Shown one piece after another: positions 57,381 to 64,000 of a DNA stretch of 64,000 bases (position 1 is the stretch's first letter; the number at the start of each line of letters is the position of its first letter). This DNA is from an uncultured Chlamydiae bacterium. Lineage in GTDB: Bacteria; Chlamydiota; Chlamydiia; Chlamydiales; Parachlamydiaceae. The notes beneath the pieces were generated by a model. It was not told where the DNA came from. It saw nothing but the letters and a program-made list of their open reading frames with translations, and searched no databases. Made by a program: the position numbers and the translations under genes. The stretch spans positions 64,001-128,000 of the forward strand of contig CAWHMU010000045.1 of the NCBI GenBank assembly GCA_963830365.1. The letters are read 5' to 3'.

Positions 57381-58738
57381 GCTTCGATATAGCCGCCATG
57401 GGGGGGCGCCCTGCCCCGCCATTTGCGGCGCAACTCGTCCGTGGGATAATAGAAGTGCTGGTCGACTTCCAAAGGGCTGCCAGTGTACGGCAGGCCGGTG
57501 ACAGCCTCAAGCACCCTGCGATCGCTGGCCTGTAAAGCTTCGCTTACCGTCGCCGGGCTGTCATTGCCGCTGAAGTTTTTTAAAGGCGCAAAGCATGTTT
57601 CGCGCGGGAAGAGCAACGCCCCGACCTTATGAGCCCTTGGCAGCAGGTCGAAAATGAACGTTTCAAACTTCCAGGCTATGGGTGTGTCGGCCTGGATGGT
57701 GCGGCCTTGCGGGCCCAGATATTTGACGGCTTTGAAAGTCTTATGTAGCGGCATGGGGGTGGGCATATCGCTGACCGCATGTTTGATGAAATCCATGGCA
57801 AAGCAAAACAGGCTCAGGTTGGCGCAGGTGTATCGCAATGTGCCATCGGGATAAGCTGCTGTGCGTTCATTTTCTGGCAATTCCGAATATTCCACCACAA
57901 TGGGATGCTTGTCTTGGAGAGCTAAAAGGCCGACTTTTTCATGTGCATCGCAGCGCTTAGTGCATTTAACGGTGATATCATTTCGAGAGCGCTCCTGGCA
58001 GCCCAGCAGTTCGGCGTCAAAAGGATCGGCCAGGGGGTTATCGACCAGCACAAAATTGAGATGGCGGATGCCTTGCCCATGCCATTTCTGATAGAGGCCA
58101 CTGTGATAGAAATGGTGCAGCGCACCGCCGTTGCCATCCGGTCCTTCAGCCAGCATGTATGCATCTTCCAGGAAAAGGCGTCCGGTTTGATCAAGCAGAG
58201 GCAGTGTCTCCTGCATGAAGAAATCAAGCTGTCCGGCTTTCAACCCAAACCGCTGGTGTCGCTTGAAGAAGTCAAGGGTGGCAGCGTGATTTTGCGGCGA
58301 TGTCATGATGGCTACGGACAAGGGTCTGCCAGCTTGTTTGCTGGCAGCTACGACTTTTTCGGCAAAAAGCTGGAAGAGGCTTTTGTGCTTAATTGGCGTG
58401 ACTGCGCACATGCCCTTGGGTCCATCGAAACGCAGGCGGGAGCCTTGTCCGCCGGCCACAAGCAAACAGCCCATCATGCCCTGGGCGATCATCTGCTGCC
58501 CCAGCAGGTGGTCGCTATGGTTGCCGGCCGGTGTAAAATCACTGAAAGGTTCGATGCCGAGCAATAGTGGTGCGGCCATTTTCAGCAGCTGTTGCTGCCT
58601 TAGCAAAGTGTCAATATTGAGGCGTTGAATCTGCTTTAGCAGGTGGTCTTTTTGGACCTGATTCAGCGTGTCCCAGTAGTCCAACACATGGGACTGTCCA
58701 ACAGCTGCAAGGATGTGAAAGGCTTGCTGATAATCCAC
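57371..58738 (-). CDS. UDP-N-acetylglucosamine pyrophosphorylase, eukaryote-like UDPGP type 1 family
   Basis: LVAGGQGSRL..GPKG, PDGNGG, VDNPL, VEYSE, KFETFIFD, FAPLKN. Confidence 0.93.
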   Translation of the reverse strand: MDYQQAFHILAAVGQSHVLDYWDTLNQVQKDHLLKQIQRLNIDTLLRQQQLLKMAAPLLLGIEPFSDFTPAGNHSDHLLGQQMIAQGMMGCLLVAGGQGSRLRFDGPKGMCAVTPIKHKSLFQLFAEKVVAASKQAGRPLSVAIMTSPQNHAATLDFFKRHQRFGLKAGQLDFFMQETLPLLDQTGRLFLEDAYMLAEGPDGNGGALHHFYHSGLYQKWHGQGIRHLNFVLVDNPLADPFDAELLGCQERSRNDITVKCTKRCDAHEKVGLLALQDKHPIVVEYSELPENERTAAYPDGTLRYTCANLSLFCFAMDFIKHAVSDMPTPMPLHKTFKAVKYLGPQGRTIQADTPIAWKFETFIFDLLPRAHKVGALLFPRETCFAPLKNFSGNDSPATVSEALQASDRRVLEAVTGLPYTGSPLEVDQHFYYPTDELRRKWRGRAPPHGGYIEAYI

Positions 58739-58739
58739 G

Positions 58740-59816
58740 CTAGGCCTTCTTAATGGATCTTAGGATGGCTGCATAGACCTCATCGACTTCGATACGCTTC
58801 ATGCAACGGAAGTCGATAGGGCAGATGCGCTTATAACAGGGGGAGCATTCGACGCGTTTATGGATGACGATGCCGCCGCCATAGGGGCCTGTCCTGACGT
58901 CGCTGGTCGATCCGAACAGGGCCACCAGCGGCACCCCTAAAGCTGAAGCGATATGCATAGGGCCGCTGTCATTTGTCAGCAGCACAGCGCAGGCTTGCAT
59001 CAGCGCGAGCAGCTCGCGGATGGATGTCTTGCCGGCGAGGTTGATCACGCGTGCGCCGAGGCCCTGGCAGATATCATCGACCAAGGGTCTGCCGGCGGGA
59101 TCGCCGAAATAGACGACGGTGATGCGAGGGTCTTCCAGCAGGCGCTCTGTGACGGCGCGGAAGCGTTCGGGCAGCCAGCATTTGGCAGAGCCATAAGCTG
59201 CGCCCGGATTGATGCCGACAAGGATCTGTTCCTTAAGGGCCACTCCATATGAGCCGATGAGCGTGTGGGCCGCTTGTATTTCTTCGGGCGAGACATACAG
59301 GCGTGGAGGCGTATTGGAGAGGGGAATGCCAAGCGGCGCCAACAGGGCTTTATAGGTCAAAACGAGGTGCTGCGTCTCTTTGCCGGCGGGGAATGGCACG
59401 GCTTTGCTGAGCAGCCAGCTGCGCAGGTTGCCGGCGAAGCCGATGCGATTGGCAACCCGGCCGCGCCAAAACCACCATGCCGAGGAAAAGGAGTTGGTAA
59501 GCAGGATGCCGAGGTTGTACTCGCCCAGGCGCAATTCTTCAAAAATCCGGTGATGTTGGTGGCGATGGATCCAGCCGCTCGGTTTTTTGTAGCTATAGAC
59601 CTCATTGATATGGGGATCATGCTGCAAGAGGGGAGCCACATTGGATTGGCACATGGCGGTGATATTGGCTTTTGGCCACTTTTGGCGGATATCCTGCAGT
59701 ATGGGTGTGGCCATGACCAGGTCGCCCAGCCAGTTAGGCATGCGTACGATGATATTTTCAGGTACAATAAGTGGCCAGGCTTTTGGCATGATGGGCATGT
59801 GGGCTCTCCGCAACAA
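58740..59816 (-). CDS. waaF: LPS heptosyltransferase II-family (GT9) protein
   Basis: RMPNWLGDLVM, INPGAAYGSAKCW, TNDSGPMHIA; true start may be a few codons downstream. Confidence 0.88.
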   Translation of the reverse strand: MLRRAHMPIMPKAWPLIVPENIIVRMPNWLGDLVMATPILQDIRQKWPKANITAMCQSNVAPLLQHDPHINEVYSYKKPSGWIHRHQHHRIFEELRLGEYNLGILLTNSFSSAWWFWRGRVANRIGFAGNLRSWLLSKAVPFPAGKETQHLVLTYKALLAPLGIPLSNTPPRLYVSPEEIQAAHTLIGSYGVALKEQILVGINPGAAYGSAKCWLPERFRAVTERLLEDPRITVVYFGDPAGRPLVDDICQGLGARVINLAGKTSIRELLALMQACAVLLTNDSGPMHIASALGVPLVALFGSTSDVRTGPYGGGIVIHKRVECSPCYKRICPIDFRCMKRIEVDEVYAAILRSIKKA

Positions 59817-60013
59817 CGCATGACGCGTTGATAATGCAAAATCAGTTATCTTAAGGAATTGATTTTATCTCATTTTCCAATTCCAAGCAAATTCTACCCT
59901 TATCCTATCTGATTCCATATGCATCAACCGCAAAAAAGAACACAACAAAAAGAAATGGATCATATGGAACTAAGAGACCTAAAGGATAGCCTCTTTCGCC
60001 CCTTAGGTCCTCA

Positions 60014-60442
60014 GGGTCTTTTGATTAAAAAGATTTGGCTATTCAGTGATATAAACTCGCAGTGCCAGAGCGCGCGCCCGCTTTGGCATGATGTATTTTT
60101 TGCTGAGCCCCGTCAAGGGGTGGCCATATTTGTAGCCCATGGTGTTGTACCAAGGGCACAAACCATGGTTGTCAGAAGAAAGAAAACAGCCCCGAGGGGG
60201 CGTTATAATTGTTTTTTTTGATTTTCATTCTTGCTGATAGAAGCGAAGGAATGATAACGCCCCTCTGGGGCTGGATTTCTTTGGGATTGTGACCCACGGT
60301 TTGCGTCGTTGACGCTACACCGTGGGCTACAAATATGGCCGCCCTTTGACAGGGCTTAGCAGCAAATGCATGATGATCGAAGTTAAACCAATACCCGTGC
60401 TACCCATCAAATCTTTTTAATCAAAACGCTATGCTTAGACCC
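60014..60442. repeat. Nested palindromic (REP/REPIN-like) element
   Basis: Outer IR TTTTGATTAAAAAGATTTG (60019-60037 / 60408-60426); middle IR AGCCCCGTCAAGGGGTGGCCATATTTGTAGCCCA; inner IR CAGCCCCGAGGGGGCGTTAT. Confidence 0.85.
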
Positions 60443-60605
60443 CCTATTCTTTTGTTGAAATAAGTTAAACTAATTGCCAGAATTTTACCATGCCGTGCTG
60501 CATAGCTTTGGCTGCAAAACCGGATACACCGTTTTTTCTCTCTAGCTCTTGATCTTGTTATGGATAAAAGGGTAAGGTAGTGCTGATTTCATATGCATAA
60601 AGAGA

Positions 60606-61802
60606 GTGTGTGCCTTGACTTTATTATCAGCTCAACAAAATGCGATAGAAAATGAGGAGGAAGTCCTGTCACTGCGCAGGCAGCTGCAAACCCTCAAAGA
60701 ACGCTACCAAAGCTTGCAAAAGCTAGGCCAGCCAGATAACGAGCAGATTTCGATGCAGCGGCGCTTCCATGAATTGTCCATCGAGAATGAACACTGCAGG
60801 CAGCAGATTGAAAAGCTTACCCATGCCGCCGGGGAAAGGGAAAAAAAAGTCGCCGAACTGCAGCGCGCCGGCACCGGGCTTAGCGAGAAGCTGCTTAAAT
60901 ATCAGCACAGCCAGCAGCAGTTGCAAGAGGCGTTAACACAAGAGAGACATCTTAAGCAAGAGGCTAGCGATGAAGTCGCCGCCCTGCATGGCCAATTTGC
61001 CGCGCTTAAAGCAAAATTCATCGCCCTTCAGCAGCAAGGGCAGCAAGAGGCAAATGAGAAGCTAAGTCTGCTGGATGGCCGCGAGCAGCTGAGGCGTGAA
61101 CGCGATCAGGCTGTGCAGGACTTGGTGCAGGCAAACGAGCGTATCGACGGGCTGCAAAAGATTTATGCCGCAGCTGAAAACAACCTCCAGGCGCGGGAGG
61201 GGGAAAGACAACAGCTGCTAGCAGATAGTGCTAAAGCCAAAACGGCCCAAGATGAAGCCGAAGCGCGGCTGAAATTTGCCCATTTCCACCTGGCAAAGAA
61301 GGTGAGGGAAGCGACCGAATTTGGCGACAAAATACAAGCCCTCGAAAGCAGGCTGCGCGAGTATGAAGATGAGCTGCAGGAGGCCAAGGCGCAAAGCTCG
61401 GCTTTGCAAAGTTCATTAGAGGAACATTCACAACAGCAAGAGCGTTCACATGCGCAATGGCAGGAGTCTATCAATTCGGCCGAAGCCATGGTCGCCGGCT
61501 GGGAAGAGAAATATTCAGCGTTGCAACGCAAATGGCAGGAGAGTGACGCGCGGCTTAAAGAGGCCATCCGAATGGAAGAACGCTACCGGCAGATGCAGAA
61601 GATGTGGAAAAATCTTAATGATGTGTTCAACGAAGCACCTGAGGGTCAAATGAAAGATGTTCAGATGCCTGCCGACAACCACGCGCCAACTTTTGAAAGA
61701 AAGGTCGAAACGGAATCATTAAGCTTGAAAAGATACGACATGCACAGGCCCTACCAAAATCTTTTTGATATGCCCAAATCTCATGATAAACGATTTGAAT
61801 GA
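60606..61802 (+). CDS. Coiled-coil protein upstream of ruvC
   Basis: Q/E/L-rich heptad pattern over most of the length. Confidence 0.8.
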   Translation: MCALTLLSAQQNAIENEEEVLSLRRQLQTLKERYQSLQKLGQPDNEQISMQRRFHELSIENEHCRQQIEKLTHAAGEREKKVAELQRAGTGLSEKLLKYQHSQQQLQEALTQERHLKQEASDEVAALHGQFAALKAKFIALQQQGQQEANEKLSLLDGREQLRRERDQAVQDLVQANERIDGLQKIYAAAENNLQAREGERQQLLADSAKAKTAQDEAEARLKFAHFHLAKKVREATEFGDKIQALESRLREYEDELQEAKAQSSALQSSLEEHSQQQERSHAQWQESINSAEAMVAGWEEKYSALQRKWQESDARLKEAIRMEERYRQMQKMWKNLNDVFNEAPEGQMKDVQMPADNHAPTFERKVETESLSLKRYDMHRPYQNLFDMPKSHDKRFE

Positions 61803-61814
61803 GCAGGTTTTTTT

Positions 61815-62312
61815 GTGATCATTATAGGCATTGACCCTGGCACGCAGGTGACAGGCTACGGCGTGATTGAAGTGGAGGGGGTAAATTACCGCGCCATCGA
61901 TTATGGCTGCATCCGTCCGCCGGCTGCGCGCAAACTGACGGATCGCTATCTGATTCTTTTTAATGCCCTTGAAGAACTGCTAGAAAAATACCGTCCGCAA
62001 GTTTTATCTGTGGAAACGCAATATGTGCAAAAGAATGTGCAAAGCGCCATCAAGCTGGGTATGGCTCGTGGCATTGCCATCATTGCCGCCAAACGCAAAG
62101 GATTGGCCGTTTTCGAATATGCGCCAACAAAGGCCAAAAGTGCCGTGGTGGGCAATGGCCGGGCCAGCAAGCAGCAGGTGCAGGGAATGGTGAAGCTATT
62201 GTTGAACCTTGCCGAGATTCCAACGCCCGAAGATGCTGCCGACGCATTAGCCTTGGCGATATGCCATGCGCAGTCGATGCGTTTCCGCGAATTGACCAAC
62301 TGTGAATTATGA
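61815..62312 (+). CDS. ruvC: Holliday junction resolvase RuvC
   Basis: IIGIDPG..TGYG, KLGMARG, GNGRASKQQV, DAADALA.AICH. Confidence 0.98.
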   Translation: MIIIGIDPGTQVTGYGVIEVEGVNYRAIDYGCIRPPAARKLTDRYLILFNALEELLEKYRPQVLSVETQYVQKNVQSAIKLGMARGIAIIAAKRKGLAVFEYAPTKAKSAVVGNGRASKQQVQGMVKLLLNLAEIPTPEDAADALALAICHAQSMRFRELTNCEL

Positions 62313-62330
62313 ACGAATGGAGTAGAATCG

Positions 62331-62933
62331 ATGTTTGCCTATATAAAGGGTGCTTTAGCTGAGTCTAAAACGACATATGTGGTAGTTGAGGCCGGTGGCA
62401 TCGGCTACAAAATCTTTATCCCTGTCAGCGCCTTCGGCCGCCTGTCCCATGTCGGCAGCGAGGTGGTTTTATACACTTCATTTGTCGTGCGCGAGCAAGC
62501 CCAGACTCTCTACGGCTTTTCATTCGTCCAGGAACGGGATTTTTTTGAAGCCTTGCTCGGCGTAACGGGCATCGGCCCAAAAATTGCCCTGGCACTGCTC
62601 GGTCATCTGTCTTTGATGGAACTGCAAAGGGCTATTTCTCAAGATGATATCGCTGCGCTTTGCCGCGTGCCGGGCATAGGCAAGAAGGGGGCTGAGCGCC
62701 TGATCATTGAGATGCGCGACAAGGTCAGCTGCGCAGGCCTATTCCCTGGCGATTTGGCGGTGCACAGCCTGTCCGATCCGCAGGCGCAGAGCGTGAACGA
62801 TGCCATGAGCGCTTTAATAAATCTGGGATATAACCAGATGACTGCGCAAAAGGCTATTAAAAAGACTCTTAAAGATATTCCTGAAGGCATCGATGTGGCT
62901 GAATTGATTTCTTATGCCCTCAAGCATGTCTAA
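62331..62933 (+). CDS. ruvA: Holliday junction branch-migration protein RuvA
   Basis: GIGY, VRE...LYGF, VTGIGPK, VPGIGKK.AER, SAL..LGY. Confidence 0.98.
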   Translation: MFAYIKGALAESKTTYVVVEAGGIGYKIFIPVSAFGRLSHVGSEVVLYTSFVVREQAQTLYGFSFVQERDFFEALLGVTGIGPKIALALLGHLSLMELQRAISQDDIAALCRVPGIGKKGAERLIIEMRDKVSCAGLFPGDLAVHSLSDPQAQSVNDAMSALINLGYNQMTAQKAIKKTLKDIPEGIDVAELISYALKHV

Positions 62934-62944
62934 ATCCCCATGTC

Positions 62945-63035
62945 CGTGCCCGTGTGCGTGCCCGATCCCTTCGTTCAAAAATTATAGTGGAGCAAGCGCT
63001 CTGGGATTCGGGGTACGGGCACGCACACGGGCACG
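62945..63035. repeat. 20-bp perfect inverted repeat between convergent genes
   Basis: CGTGCCCGTGTGCGTGCCCG (62945-62964) pairs with 63016-63035. Confidence 0.85.
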
Positions 63036-63062
63036 AAAGGGACTTGGACATAGGTAGTAGCC

Positions 63063-63692
63063 CTAGCCTCTGCGGAAGACCATGATGGTATTTTTAAACC
63101 ACCAGAATGAAGCTTTTGTCCTTAGGATGTTTTCAGCGGCTTCATCATTGACATAGCCGTATTGTTTCATAAGATCTTTGACATAGGCGTTACTCTGTTC
63201 GTTAAAGTGACCGAAGCCGCCTTGTCCTTTTAAGGCCCAACTCAGCACGATGCCTTTGGTATTGTGACGGTCCAGATTTTCGATATATGTCATTTCGAAT
63301 TGTTTGGGAAGATGCTCTCCCACTTCCAGGCTCATCACCCAGTCAAACGTGCCCAAATCAAGCGGTTGGCTCAAATCCGCCACCTTGGCGATGCCGTCAG
63401 AGATGATGACGGTATCGGGATTGCCGTCATAGCCTTGGCAATCAATGCCATATTGTCGCATGATCTTTACATATTCACCCGTCCCGCAGCCGAAATCGAC
63501 CACGCTTCCCACCTGTTCGGCGATGAAAAAGTCTGCCAGCGCATCAGCCAGGATGAAGTCGATTCGATGTTCATTCACGGCTTCTTCGCCATGCCAGAAC
63601 CCATGTTCGTCGATGATGATTTCTGCAGAGAGAGGTAGAGAAAGGGAGCTTACAAAGAAACAAGCGGCTGCTATCAAAGTATTTTTTTTCAT
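63063..63692 (-). CDS. Class I SAM-dependent methyltransferase with signal peptide
   Basis: MKKNTLIAAAC signal-like start; VVDFGCGTG; FDWVMSLEVGEH. Confidence 0.85.
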   Translation of the reverse strand: MKKNTLIAAACFFVSSLSLPLSAEIIIDEHGFWHGEEAVNEHRIDFILADALADFFIAEQVGSVVDFGCGTGEYVKIMRQYGIDCQGYDGNPDTVIISDGIAKVADLSQPLDLGTFDWVMSLEVGEHLPKQFEMTYIENLDRHNTKGIVLSWALKGQGGFGHFNEQSNAYVKDLMKQYGYVNDEAAENILRTKASFWWFKNTIMVFRRG

Positions 63693-63771
63693 GATATGTT
63701 CCATAGAAAATTGATTTTCTAGGCTGGAACATACATAAAACTTTGAATTTAAGATAACTAAATAATTAGTT

Positions 63772-64000
63772 TTACGTTTTAGGCGCCGCCCAGGCGCAGA
63801 TGGGACACTCCGAGGCTATGTGTCCGCGTGCCCGGCAGTATTCGCGGGCGAAATAGATGATCTGCAAATGCAGGAGGTTCCAATATTTTTTTGGGAACAC
63901 CTGCTTTAGATCTTTTTCGGTGGTTTCCACATTTTTTCCGCTGGATAGCCCCCAGCGTTTGGCGCAGCGGTGGATATGGGTGTCGACGGGAAAAGCAGCC
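63772..64000 (-). CDS. nth: Endonuclease III, C-terminal part (5' end outside window; not in ORF track)
   Basis: Hand translation AFPVDTHIHRCAKRWGLS..KNVETTEKDL...LHLQIIYFAREYC.AR.H....CPIC. Confidence 0.92.
   Translation of the reverse strand, partial: AAFPVDTHIHRCAKRWGLSSGKNVETTEKDLKQVFPKKYWNLLHLQIIYFAREYCRARGHIASECPICAWAAPKT

Noticed and set aside
59919..60221. 100-aa ORF upstream of waaF, and similar ORFs at 27682-27909, 38762-38947 and 42907-43266
   Set aside because: They run through palindromic repeat elements and are probably not coding
63780..63870. GC-rich stretch as a possible tRNA or ncRNA
   Set aside because: It is the 3' end of nth on the minus strand; no tRNA T-loop or acceptor-stem pattern

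Overview
Bacterial chromosome segment, most likely from an environmental member of the Chlamydiota. This is an inference from the core gene order (lplA-family ligase, SulP, nnr, gpsA, eukaryote-type UDP-GlcNAc pyrophosphorylase, coiled-coil protein, ruvC, ruvA, nth) and from the effector-like ORFs. The left ~34.6 kb is a co-oriented sugar-phosphate gene cluster: phosphoketolase, an aldolase::PGI fusion, tpiA, gnd, zwf, glgP and pgm. It also encodes two P-type ATPases (CopB-type and P3A H+-type) that each carry a DUF2934-like module. The cluster is split by an oppositely oriented TolC/multicopper-oxidase module, two apparently identical IS66 copies, a dead ISL3 and several palindromic MITE-like repeats. 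The right half is core genome interrupted at about 43.1-57.4 kb by effector-like cargo (J-domain protein, ankyrin protein with a putative ADP-ribosyltransferase domain plus a small partner gene, and a 957-aa orphan). This cargo lies between long (~0.8 kb) direct duplications of the host glycosyltransferase/pyrophosphorylase locus. The junctions coincide with an IS91-family element and with GTCTGACCCC REP-like elements, an architecture reminiscent of ISCR-type rolling-circle gene capture. No rRNA, tRNA or CRISPR array was recognised.
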